Below, in pieces: positions 1-11,423 of a stretch of 64,000 nucleotides of DNA (its first letter is position 1; the number at the start of each line of letters is the position of its first letter). The stretch is from Candidatus Bathyarchaeota archaeon (GTDB lineage Archaea; Thermoproteota; Bathyarchaeia; Bathyarchaeales; Bathycorpusculaceae). The DNA lies in assembly GCA_963733095.1 (NCBI GenBank), contig CAVTBV010000002.1:1-64000 (forward strand), given 5' to 3'. The position numbers and the translations under genes are program-made. The notes beneath the pieces were generated by a model. It did not search any database. It was not told the DNA's origin and worked only from the letters and a program-made list of their open reading frames with translations.

Positions 1-50
1 CCATCAGGGCAGACCTCGGTGATGAAGCCATCGACCTCTCAGAAGTTGCA

Positions 51-1303
51 GTGGATCCAGACAAACCCTTGATCGAAACTGTTGGCGCCACAGTTGAGCA
101 AGGCTTAGAGCTCCTCAGCAAAGTAGGGTTAAACGATGCCTTCCTTTTCCTACGCAGCTATAGCCAACTTAGTGACGGCCAAAAATACCGCTATCGAATC
201 GCCAAACTCATCGAATCTGGAAAGCAGTGGTGGCTTATGGATGAATTCGCCGCTTGCCTTGATCGGGACACTGCCAAGATTATTTCTTTTAATCTGCAAA
301 AGATCGCCCGGTCACTTGGCAAAGCTGTTATTGTTGCAACCACGCATAGTGACTTGGTTGAGGACCTTTCGCCTTCTGTAATTGTGTTTAAACGATTTGG
401 GGAAGAAATTCAGATTGAATATTTCCCAAATAATCACGTAGATGAATGCAGCTTAATTCGAGAGATGAAAGTTGAAGAAGGCACCCGAGAAGATTGGCAA
501 AAACTCTGCAGTTTCCACTATCGAGGCCACAAAACATCTGTTGTTCGAAAATTCTTCCGCTTAACCCGAGGCTTGGAGCTTTGCGGAGTTATAGTTTACA
601 CTTATCCGCCTCCAGCGTGTTTTGGGAGACGTATGGTTCTTCCTCGCATTTCAATGCAGGAAATCAACCAGCAACTAAGCACCGTTAACCGTGTAGTTAT
701 TCATCCAAAATATCGAACTGTTGGTTTAGGTGCGAAGTTAATTCGTGAGTCGCTGCCTTTGGTTGGCACGGACTTTGTTGAGTTAATTGCGGTTATGGCT
801 AAGTATTCGCCTTTTGCAGAGAAAGCAGGTATGAAACGCATTATTCAACAAACAGAGGTGAAGTCTGTTTGTAGGATCTCGCAGACTCTATCTTCTTTGG
901 GGTTTGATATACAGCTCCTGGGAAGCCAACATTACGTTAAACAAAGGCTGAGACTTTGGATCCTAAACAACTTTGTAGCGTTCGAGAGGTTTTAATTAAG
1001 AATCCGCAACCGCGATTGAAAAAAGAAGTGACCTCTAGTAGACATATGCCTTATGGAATAACCGCAGATTATGTAAAATACGTTCAAGCTGCAGACTCTG
1101 AGAAATTAGCCAAATTAATTAAAACTGTTGCGCTGCTACTTCAAACAAAGGTTTACCTATTTTGGAGCAGAAACGAAAGAGTGGAGGACCTTTGCTCTCT
1201 ATTGAACGTGTTTGTGCCTTGTCCTTCGGAAATGGCATTTTGGTACAGGAGCTTCCTTTCTCGAAGTTGTCCTGATGGGCTTACTAAATGCAGCATATTT
1301 TAG
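51..1303 (+). pseudogene. ABC-type ATPase fused to GNAT-like acetyltransferase domain, 5'-truncated by the window and frameshifted near 955
   Basis: LSDGQ signature, LMDEF Walker B, ATTH switch, then NRVVIHPKYRTVGLG GNAT motif A; the C-terminus continues in ORF 956..1303 in another frame. Confidence 0.7.
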
Positions 1304-1624
1304 TTCTGCGATAGTCAACGTTTTCGCCCGTTCAGCTGATCAAATAACCTTTATGATAATTTTATTGGCGAGTTCTGCGATTTTCTTTTTGGTCCATGTT
1401 CTAGGTTATATTTACGTTGCTAATAAGCGAGATTCTCAATGGCCAACTAAGATGAAAAGCAGAAATCATCCATAAATATACTGCCAAAATTCATTTTCAG
1501 TCAGCCCTCTACTGTTGAAAAAAGGAGTTTGTAAGTTTTCTTTATTAAGAGTTTGAGCTGATGCTTGTCCCCCGAGTGTTTTCCTATGAAACAGAATTCA
1601 GATTGTTTGGAGGCTTAGTGGGTT

Positions 1625-1903
1625 ATGGGTAAGACTGTTCCAGCCTATCGTATGGCTTTGGAGGAAGAGATTAGCCGGTGGAGTGGGTTTGCGAGGGCTT
1701 TGCGTAGGTCTGACCGGGAAGCTTTTGACGAACTCATGGATATGTGCAGGAATTATGCTTCGGAAAGTAGCTGCGCAACTAACCCTATAGTGTTTGAACC
1801 TATGGTGATGTCAATCCTGTTGGGGCAGCAAGTTAGGATACAGAAGCTTGAAAGCCAACTAAAAGATGCATCAGAGAAAAACGGAGAGATTGCCCATGGC
1901 TGA
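1625..1903 (+). CDS. Conserved small archaeal helical protein (resembles the small protein usually encoded with PolB2)
   Basis: MGKTVPAYRMALEEEI...DREAFDEL...MSILL pattern recognised from memory; GGAGG upstream. Confidence 0.55.
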   Translation: MGKTVPAYRMALEEEISRWSGFARALRRSDREAFDELMDMCRNYASESSCATNPIVFEPMVMSILLGQQVRIQKLESQLKDASEKNGEIAHG

Positions 1904-2503
1904 ATTTACTGATAGCAATATTCTCGATAGGCTTGATGACATAGAAGAACCATCTATAATCAGAATCTACTCCAATATAATTTACACGAAATACAAGAGA
2001 AGAGATCCCTATGGTTATCCGAAGCATTTGGTTCCTGTAAGCGCAGGTACAATGAGTTGATTGTGGATTTTTTGCGCAGACCCTTGGAACAGAAGATCTG
2101 CATATTCGGTAAAACGATGTACTTAGCACTAACCCAGCAACAAAACGGAGTAACCAAAAATAAAAAAAGAAAAGCTGCCAAGAAAAAGGTTTAGCAGTGC
2201 CCGCCGCATGTTGAAAACTTGAACCCAAAACATATTTTGGGTGTTGGGCAAAAAATTTCTTACTAAAGAAAACACCCCCAAAAAACACATAACATTTCTC
2301 TCATTAAGCCCTCGTAAACCCATGTTTTTGCTGTAAAATCAGCAATTTTTAACAAGTTAGCACTATAAGAAAATTTCACCCCAGTCATTTCTTTAGAAAG
2401 AAAAATTTTTCCTCGAGCGTAGCGACCGATTTTTGTTAGGCTAATGTGATATGCAGCAACCCTCCATTTGGGCTTCTGCAGTGGGGAGGAAGGTTAAGCA
2501 CAG

Positions 2504-2884
2504 ATGACACGCAAGAAATGCATGGGCAGTGAGCTTAGCGTTTTCATGGGTGTGGAAGCAAAGCTGAACCTCGCCATTTTCTTAATTCTTGCCGTGTCGG
2601 ATTATCCGCTGAAAATAACTGAATTGCTAAAACTCTTGAGCAAGCAAAGAGAGTTTAGCGGCACTTATTATCCTAGCTTAACAAAACGGCTGCATTGCTT
2701 AGTAAATGAGCAATACCTTAAAGAAAAGAAGGTGGGCAGTGAAGCTGCAACCTATCAATTAACCAACAAAGCGTTGTTAGCGGTTTTTTTGGATTCAAAC
2801 AACATGCAGGAAATCTTTGACAAAGCTTCCGAGAAAAAGAGAGCTTTTTTGCTTTTGGTACTTGCTGATTCTGTATTAGAGTGA
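2504..2884 (+). CDS. Putative winged-helix protein
   Basis: 126 aa; helix-turn-helix-like segment YPSLTKRLHCLVNEQYL followed by the wing TYQLTNK. Confidence 0.5.
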   Translation: MTRKKCMGSELSVFMGVEAKLNLAIFLILAVSDYPLKITELLKLLSKQREFSGTYYPSLTKRLHCLVNEQYLKEKKVGSEAATYQLTNKALLAVFLDSNNMQEIFDKASEKKRAFLLLVLADSVLE

Positions 2885-3535
2885 CTTTCAAGCGCGAAAA
2901 TTATCACCCTATGATAATAACAAAGCCTATCCCGCTCTACAATGGGTTAGGCTTCGTTTCTCTACAGCGATATAGTATATTTTACTTGTCCCCCGACCGC
3001 TACTTCACATTTTAAGTCGGTCATTTAGTTCACCAAAAGAGAGGAGCTTATGCTCCCTTATAATCGCTTTGTATCGATTCTTATTCATTTTTGTGAAAAG
3101 ATAAGATGTATCTCCAGTGGATGGTTTGGCTGAAAACAATTATGTTATCTTTTCATTGACCAATTAATTAATGTAAGATCGCCAAAATAGGATTGAGTCA
3201 AACTGGGATTAGCTCAGAACGGAGATTGCGTCTCTATCTCAAATTTAACTACTGATTCTGTATGGCTAATTTGGACTCAAGTTATCGACTGCAAATTTCT
3301 TAAAATTATGCCTTTCATAAAGTTGATTTCAAGCTAGTAAATTCATCAATAGACAATATGAGAAATACTTTTTCTCTTAATGCGTATAGAATAAGTACTA
3401 GTTAGTCAGCTTAAGAATAAATAATTAGAAATCAAGAGCTTAATGAATTGGAACAAATTAAACAAGTCTCTTTGGAGTAGCAAATTGTTGTAAAAGGAGA
3501 AAAAGCGAATTAAATGTGCAAATGGAGTTCAAAAT

Positions 3536-6500
3536 ATGTCCAAAGTTAAACAATCAGTCATCACGGTGGGAATTGGCGCTTCCGCGGGCGGCTTAGAAGC
3601 GTTCAAAGTTTTGCTTGAATGTTTACCAGTAGATACAGGGCTGTCATTTGTCGTTATTCAACATCTGGCAGCTGGTCAGGAAAGCATGCTAACCGATATT
3701 CTTTCAAGATTTACCAAAATGCCCGTCCAAGCTGTCAAGAATAAAATGGCTGTTGAACCAGACCACGTTTATGTAATTCCTCCAGGAAACACCATGACCA
3801 TGGAAAACAAAACCCTCATCCTTAATTCCAAGGTTAAATCGTTTAAACCAATTGATACTTTTTTTGTTTCCTTAGCTGAAGACTCGAAAAATCAAAGCAT
3901 AGGAGTTGTTCTTTCGGGAACAGGCTCCGACGGTACCGAAGGTCTAAAGGCTATCAAAGCACAGGGCGGAATCACTTTCGCTCAGACTCCAAATTCAGCT
4001 CAGTACGGCGATATGCCCCAAAGTGCCATTTCGGCGGAAGCAGCAGATTTCATTCTGACTCCAGACAAGATAGCAGCAGAAATACAAAAAATCGCTATGA
4101 ACCCTCAACTAGCGCGAAGTGAAATAGCATCAAGAGAAGAAGAAGTAGCAAAAGAAGGAAAGCCCAAGAAGGAAACAGGTTTAAACGCAATATTTGCTAT
4201 GCTCAAATTTAATTGCAATGTCGATTTCTCACATTTCAAAGAAACAGTTGTAAACCGACGTATCACACGTCGAATGGTAATTAACCACATAAAAAGAACT
4301 GCAAATTATGTAGAGTTTCTTCGGACGCATCCAAGCGAGTTGGAAGCTCTATACAATGATATGTTAATTGGAGTCACCGGCTTTTTCAGGGAGCCTGAAA
4401 CTTTCGCCGCTTTGAAAGAAAAAGTCTTACCTGAAATCGTTAAAAATCGTTCACCCAAAGAACCCATCAGAATTTGGATTCCAGGTTGCTCAACAGGAGA
4501 AGAAGCATATTCTTTCGCAATGGCAATACAAGAATACATCGAAGAAAACGACCTAACAAATATTCAAATTCAAATTTTCGGCACCGATGTGAACGAAAAA
4601 AACATTGAAAAAGCAAGAAAAGGAAGCTACCCAAAAACCATAGAAACTGACGTTCCAGAAAAACAACTAAAACATTTCTTCAAAAGTTTCAACGGCAACT
4701 ATCTAATCGCAAAAAATATTCGAGACATGTGTGTTTTCGCCAAGCAAGACATAACTGCAGACCCCCCATTCTCGAACATGGATATTATCAGCTGCCGCAA
4801 CATGCTCATTTATTTTGATGCGTACCTTCACGAAAAAGTTGTGCCTACTTTGCATTATGCATTAAAGCCGAGCGGTTTTTTGGTTTTGGGGCAGTCTGAG
4901 AGTATTGGTAAATTTACAAACTTGTTTGAGCCTTTGAAAAAGACGTCTATATATTCAAAAAAGAAAGCTCAACCAGTCATTACTTTTGGTTTACAAGCCT
5001 CATCTCGCTATCAGCAAAAGATGAAGGAAGTTAAATCTGGTGAAAAGAAAGATGCTCTTGCAATTTTGAAGGATGAAGTTGATCGTTTACTGGTGACGGA
5101 GTATGTTCCAGCTGCGCTGCTGGTTAATTCGAACTCAGATGTTCTTCTGTTTCGAGGGAATATTGCGCCATTTGTTTTGCCTGAATCTGGGTTAGCGAGT
5201 TTCAATATTGCCAAGATAACTCGAAAAGAGTTGAAATCTGAAGTTCAAACAATGATTTACAGAGCAAAAAAAGAAAATAAATCCATAAAGGAAAACGCAA
5301 TACGTTTAAATTTTGCTGGGGAACAAAAAACAATCAATATTCAGGTTATTCCGTTGCATATTGAGCAGTTTGAAGAACCTTTCTTTTTGATATTATTGGA
5401 AGATATCAGTTCAGCTGCCGCGTTAGTAAGACAAACGTTGGAGTTGGCATCTACTCCTCAAGGTCAGGAAAATGCCAAAGACAGGCAAATCCAAGAGCTC
5501 AGAGAGGAATTAGAGTCCAATAAACTGTCTTTGCAGAAAATTATAGAAACTCAAGAAGCAACCAACTAAGAATTAAGAACTACTATGGAAGAGGCACAGT
5601 CAAGCAATGAAGAATTGCAGAGCACAAATGAGGAGTTAGAAACTGCGAAGGAAGAGTTGCAATCTCGCAACGAAGAATTAAAAACCCTCAACGATGAAGT
5701 AAAAAACCGAAATGAAACACTCGCACACTTAAATGATGATTTACTTAACTTGAATAGGAACATAGGGCCTGCCATTGTTATTGTGGATAAAGGTCTTAGG
5801 ATTAGGATGTTTTCTCCTTCAGCTCAAAAAATCCTGAATCTTTTGCCTTCGGCGGTTGGCTTGTCCATTACGAGCATTAAGCTGAGAATAGATGTTGAAG
5901 ATTTAGAAAGAACAATTTTACAAGTGATTTTCAAGCTTCACAGTGTTACTAAAGAAGTAAAAGATGAAGAGGGGCATTATTATGATCTGCAAGTTAGACC
6001 CTACATTACTCTTGAGGACAAGATAGATGGCGCTGTTTTGTCTTTCATTGATGTTGAAGATAGAAAGAACCTTGAAAAGTCTCTCCGACTTGCCGCAATA
6101 GGCGAGACTGCGGGAATGGTTGGTCATGATATTCGTAACCCATTGCAGGCAATAACTGGCGACTTATATCTTGCTAGAGAAGAACTAAAAGGAATGCCTC
6201 CAAAAGAAGGAAAGCAAGCTATGGAAGAGAGCCTTATAGAGATAGAGAAGAACGTTGATTACATTAACAAGATTGTTGCTGACTTGCAAGATTATGCAAA
6301 GACGACTCAGCCTTCACCTCAAGAAACAAATTTGAAAGAACTATGTTGTGAACTACTTCAAAAAATTAAGGTGTCAGAAAATATCGAGACTTCATGCAAT
6401 ATCGATGATTCAGTTAAAATGAGCTTTGTTGATCGTAATATATTGAAGCGTGCTCTTGGCAATCTTGTTTCTAATGCAGTTCAAGCGATGCCTAATGGAG

Positions 6501-6763
6501 GAAAACTGACGTTAAGAGCATTTCAGAAAGAAGCCGATTTAGTTATCACGGTTTCAGATACTGGAATAGGTATCCCTGAAAAAGTCAAGTCGAAACTATT
6601 TACGCCATTCTTCACAACAAAATCTAAGGGACAAGGTTTAGGATTGGCCGTCGTTAAGAGAATGATTGAAGCATTAAAAGGGACTATCACATTTGAGAGC
6701 CAAGATGGCAAAGGAACCAATTTTATAGTGCGTTTGCCTTTCAAGAAGTCAAAGGATAGTTAA
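3536..6763 (+). pseudogene. CheB methylesterase/CheR methyltransferase-PAS-histidine kinase fusion split by an in-frame TAA at 5567-5569
   Basis: GIGASAGG, SGTGSDG (CheB); GCSTGEEAYS (CheR); NEELQS coiled coil; HDIRNPL H-box, N/G1/F/G2 boxes; ORFs 3536..5569 and 5585..6763 are in the same frame. Confidence 0.85.
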
Positions 6764-7141
6764 TTGTTGAATAAGGGATTAATTCGCTGGGTATTTTTTG
6801 ATTGCGCTAATGCAATTTAGCGGTTTCCCCAGATATGATTGCAGTACATTATCCCTAAAACCATGACAAAACTGGCACGCGGATTCTTAAGATTTAACCA
6901 ATATCCAGATCAAGTCAGAAATAATAATTTCAAGGGAATCTCGACGTTAATTAAAAATTAACACTTTTTATTCAAGATAACAAGATGACAAACACTTCTC
7001 TAATTCTAATTTAAACATTTTTGATTAGTTTCCTTGTTAGGGTCGTTGCGGAGACTCCCCGGAGGGGTCACTGCGGAGTTTCCTTAATGGGGGCAGAATT
7101 CCTTTAACTTTTGGGCGCAAGATAGTTTTAGGTGTAATGAA

Positions 7142-7384
7142 TTGGTAAATATTATTGAGGACTGGGATGTCCTGGCGGAGTATGCTGGGGAAAAATTAGG
7201 TTTCTATCAACTCCTTAGCAACGATGGAATCATTGAAATTAGGGTACAAACTGGCAGGATTGGATTCAAGAAAGAGTTTGATAAGGGCGACGATCCGCTC
7301 TTGATTAAAATCTTGGATTTCTGCAAGAAACGCCGCTTTATCCAAATCAGTGAAAACATGCGTGACGACCAATTCTTCAAGTAG
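7142..7384 (+). CDS. Hypothetical protein of integrated element
   Basis: 80-aa ORF with AGGTG RBS, in operon with the integrase. Confidence 0.55.
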   Translation: MVNIIEDWDVLAEYAGEKLGFYQLLSNDGIIEIRVQTGRIGFKKEFDKGDDPLLIKILDFCKKRRFIQISENMRDDQFFK

Positions 7385-7393
7385 GTTAGTGCA

Positions 7394-7669
7394 TTGGGAT
7401 CGCGTCTTAATCGGAATCGTTGCGTAGTCTGTGGAAGCCCTCCTGCAGGACATACAGGATACGTCTATTATCAGAGCGGCACAACCAGGCTTTATGCGCC
7501 TTTTTGCAAAGAACACTTAGACAAAGCTTCAGAATATGCCAATCCGGTCTTTGAAAATCCAGCTGCAGTTGAACTCTTTAGGCAAATGTTTCCGGTAACT
7601 TATTTGCAAGACGTCAAAGGTAAACCCATCTTGTTTTTTGACAAGAAAATAGCGGTTAATTCAAACTAA
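7394..7669 (+). CDS. Small putative Zn-finger protein
   Basis: CxxC...CxxH; abuts the integrase. Confidence 0.5.
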   Translation: MGSRLNRNRCVVCGSPPAGHTGYVYYQSGTTRLYAPFCKEHLDKASEYANPVFENPAAVELFRQMFPVTYLQDVKGKPILFFDKKIAVNSN

Positions 7670-7671
7670 AC

Positions 7672-8958
7672 TTGGAGCTGAGGTGGGAGGGAATGGCTGA
7701 GCTTACATCGAAACCTTCTCCAGAGGTATTTGGCACTAAAGTCGGTTTTAATTCTTGTAAGTCAGAGTCAGCAGACGGCTCTGCCGGCAACAGCCCCCTA
7801 TGCCCACAATGCGGCTCCAAAAAGCTCTGGCGAGACGGTAGCCGATACACTATGTTTGATGATAAAATCCAACGATGGCTTTGCAAAGACTGCGGAACTA
7901 GATTCTCAGACCAAAACGACGTCCAGAAGGCAAAATCAATGGTTGAAACAGTTGAAACCGTTGAAACGAAGTCATTAAAAACCCCAGACGGCATAGTAGT
8001 TAATAGCCAAATATGCGTCACGGAGACGAAAAACTTGGTAGCGGAACAACAAATCAACAAAGTTCCGCGAAGAAACGAACAAGAAAGCAGAGGCAAAATC
8101 ATCGAACACGGCTTTTGGATGCAAAAAGAAGGCTATGCCGAATCAACAATTAGCCGAAGAATAAGACTCTTAGGAACACTCGTCAATAAAGGCGCAGACC
8201 TAAAAGACCCCGAATCAGTCAAAGAAACAATCGCCAAACAACCAAACTGGGTTACAAAAACCAAGGAAATCGCCGTCGAAACCTACGACTGCCTAATAAA
8301 ATCCCAAGGATTAACCTGGAACAAACCGATCTACCAATCCGTCAAGAAACTACCTTTCATCCCAACCGAAGAAGAACTAAACAACCTAATCGCCGGATGC
8401 AACAGAAAAACTGCAACATTCCTACAGCTACTCAAAGAAACAGGCATGCGATGCGGTGAAGCTTTCATGCTCCAATGGACCGACTTCGACTTCGAAAACA
8501 AAACCGTCAACATAACACCAGAAAAAGGAAGCGACCCACGCCAACTCAGAATCCAACCATGAGACTCATCATGATGCTAAACAGCCTACCCAAGACAAAC
8601 CCGAAACCATACAAATGCTCCCATAGACACTTCTCAAGAACCTTCACGATCCAGCGAAGCCAAATCGCCTAGTAAACTCAAAAACGACCGAATACTAAAA
8701 ATCCATTTCCACACCCTAAGACATTGGAAAGCAACCATGGAATACGCCAAAACCAAAGACATCCTTCACGTTATGAAAATGCTTGGTCACAGAAACATTC
8801 AAAACACTCTACTCTACACTCAGCTCATCAGCTTTGAAAGCGACGAATTCCACTCAGCAACCGCTAAAACAGTTCTAGACGCCCAAAAACTAATCGAAGC
8901 AGGATTTGAATACGTATGCGAATTTGGCGAAATAAAAATATTCAAAAAACGAAAGTAA
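7672..8958 (+). pseudogene. Tyrosine recombinase/integrase with N-terminal Zn ribbon, two compensating frameshifts (~8553, ~8670)
   Basis: CPQCG..CKDCG; ETGMRCGE; HFHTLRHW; LGHRNIQNTLLY; ends FKKRK; pieces 7672..8562, 8475..8672, 8737..8958. Confidence 0.88.
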
Positions 8959-9032
8959 AAAAAATGTTCGAAAAAAATAGCCTCTTAAAATCTTCAATTC
9001 GACCCTATATAAATAGGGGCACTAGAGGAGTG

Positions 9033-9111
9033 TGGTGAGGCCGCTGGGATTTGAACCCAGGATCGCATACGCCCCAGGCATGTATCCTGAACCATGCTAG
9101 ACGACGGCCCC
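9033..9111 (-). tRNA. tRNA-Pro (GGG), CCA encoded
   Basis: Reverse complement GGGGCCGTCGTCTAGC...CATGC-CTGGGGC-GTATG...GGGTTCAAATCCC-AGCGGCCTCACCA; acceptor, anticodon and T stems all pair. Confidence 0.92.
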
Positions 9112-9121
9112 AACAGGATAG

Positions 9122-9412
9122 ATGCCTAAAGGAACAAAAACCAATTAAAAAACCTATTTCCCACGAAATCTTAGACGCCATAAACAAAGCGGTAACACGA
9201 AGTAAAAAACAACGGGTTCGAATCCTACAAACAAATCGAATACCAACTAAAACAAATCAGTAGAAACACTGACATATTCGACCTGAAAGCCGTGCAGACT
9301 TGCATAAAAAATATGACTAAAGAAAGCGGCGACAAAATACAGAACAGAACCAGAAACAAAATGGTAACATCAATGATTATTTCTGCCAAAATCAGAACCT
9401 ATGCTGGAAAAG
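9122..9412 (+). pseudogene. Remnant of a second tyrosine integrase (core-binding domain)
   Basis: Frameshifted translation EVKNNGFESYKQIEYQLKQISRNTDIFDLKAVQTCIKNM..NRTRNKMV / DYFCQNQNLCWK aligns by eye with the core-binding region of the integrases at 7672 and 61081. Confidence 0.55.
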
Positions 9413-9654
9413 CTGCTTTCATCAGATATTAGAGCGTACATGCATTGGCATTTCGCTGAACATCTAATTTAGAGAAAATCCATGTTAAGTACCTTTTTGT
9501 TTCGCTAAAAATTTAAGTACAAAACGTATGACAACACAGAAAAGCATGACTTTCGTATTATATTTTGAGCGTATTTTATGGTTAATCGTAGATATTTTGA
9601 TTCTCCTAATTGTGGGGGCTGTATGTATAAAGGAAGTAGTTACTGCTGGGGGCA

Positions 9655-10035
9655 ATGTTCTCTAAATATTTGGAAAAAAGACAGAGAGTACTGATGCTTT
9701 TGGAATTGGATCCGGTTTTAGAAAAGACCTGCAAGTTTTTTGTAAGAGTGGTTAATTTTGAAAATAAACCGGTCAAAAACGTTAACGTAAAAGTTTTCAG
9801 AATAGAAAAGGAAGCAATAGCTCTTATGCAATGGACTAAAAACCTCAAAAATGGCACGCCATTTAAAAAGTTAATTCTCTCGATGAATGCCGATAATAAT
9901 GGCGTAATAACTGCCGAGCTTCCAAAGGGCGTTTATGAAGCTAAAGTCGAAAAATATGGCTTAAACAAGGTTTTTGAATTGACAAAAAACGCGAAGTTCT
10001 TTTTGTTGAACCAAAAAAGAATTGGTGGAACTTAA
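9655..10035 (+). CDS. Hypothetical protein, carboxypeptidase-regulatory-like beta-sandwich
   Basis: KPVKNVNVKV...ADNNGVITAELPKGVYEAKVEKYG pattern. Confidence 0.45.
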   Translation: MFSKYLEKRQRVLMLLELDPVLEKTCKFFVRVVNFENKPVKNVNVKVFRIEKEAIALMQWTKNLKNGTPFKKLILSMNADNNGVITAELPKGVYEAKVEKYGLNKVFELTKNAKFFLLNQKRIGGT

Positions 10036-10149
10036 CTTAACTCTGCTTATTTAAAAGTACCATGGCGTATATTATATGTGAAAAGTGTCTTTAACCCTCA
10101 GGTTTGATATAAGTGACTGACATTTTTCAAAAAACAATCTCGAAAAAAG

Positions 10150-10782
10150 ATGTGTAAGTCAATAATTAGTTCATTAAAAAATATTAAATCTAAGTCTTCT
10201 AATCATTCGATAGTAATACAGCAATTTGTTCTTTATAGTAAAATAACGATAAGCGTTGAATACGAAAGAAACAATTTTTCTAAGCATTCTGATTTTTACA
10301 AGAATTATTCAAGTTTTATTTTGAAAGCTTTAAGAAAAACATCTTTTCAAGAATTTCTGTGCTCTATGCTTTTAGCCGAAAACATGCATGAAAAAATTGT
10401 TGATAGGATTGATATTAGAGTTTTTCCAGCACCTAGAAAAAACGGTTTCAATACCATTGGAAAGTGCGACCCCTTTAGAGGCAGAATCCGTATTTATCCA
10501 AAAACTTTTACCTTTTGTTATGCGTTCAGGAAAAAATTCGGAAAAGACTACTTACTTACATTCGTAGGGTATAGAGCTAGAGCGGCATTAATACATGAAT
10601 TATTACATCTAAAATACATTAGTAACGAAGAAAAAGTAAGAGAACTAACCGAGATCTATTTTTCCGCTTACTTGAAAAAACAATTCAATAGAAAATCAAA
10701 TTTACTGTCTTTGCATAGTCTAATATTCCGTCAAAAAATGCCCACCTTTTTGTATCTTAAATCCACTTTTCCAACGGTGTAG
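10150..10782 (+). CDS. Putative zincin-type metalloprotein
   Basis: ALIHELLHL (HExxH) motif. Confidence 0.5.
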   Translation: MCKSIISSLKNIKSKSSNHSIVIQQFVLYSKITISVEYERNNFSKHSDFYKNYSSFILKALRKTSFQEFLCSMLLAENMHEKIVDRIDIRVFPAPRKNGFNTIGKCDPFRGRIRIYPKTFTFCYAFRKKFGKDYLLTFVGYRARAALIHELLHLKYISNEEKVRELTEIYFSAYLKKQFNRKSNLLSLHSLIFRQKMPTFLYLKSTFPTV

Positions 10783-11423
10783 GGAAAGGGTAGTTGCCAA
10801 GGGGACAAAATTACTATGGCTTTTTTAAAAAGTAAATCAACAGTTAAAGAAATATGATGCTATTTTTCTTTGAGAGCACTATGAGCCTCTTGAGGTTGCA
10901 AACTTTCTTAACAGACGAGTGAAGGAAATAGTTCAACAAAAGTTGATGAACAAACGATTACTAAACGCAAACAAGCAGAAAAAACTTGGACTTTGCTACA
11001 AGACTATCGCTGAGATAATGGGCGGAATCAAAAGACTTAGCTGTCTACTTATAGCCAAAAAACCAAACTCGTCTCCAAGAACCCGCCAACCTTGACCAAA
11101 ATCCTGCTGAGACTATTTTTGTTCTGATCCTGTTCGCTTCTTGTTGTTGGCGAATTCTTTCTTACCGGTTTTCTTTCTCAGGACGCAATTTAGCCTAACA
11201 GATGACTTACATCTGCGGCAATTTTTAACTAAACCTGCTCTTAACATACACAAATCTGTTTACCTCTCATTATTTTTTAGAAAAGATTCTGCTATACAGT
11301 TAGCTAATTCCAAAGGGATAAGAGAAACTCTTCACCCATTAGTGATACAGCGCTCTTATAAAGGAATGTGTGAAAAAACGTTAGAATATTAAAGAATTGA
11401 AGATTGAAAAACCTCGGATTGGC

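Noticed and set aside
8553-8670. Programmed frameshifting in the integrase
   Set aside because: It would need two opposite shifts and no slippery heptamer is evident; decay or sequencing error is simpler
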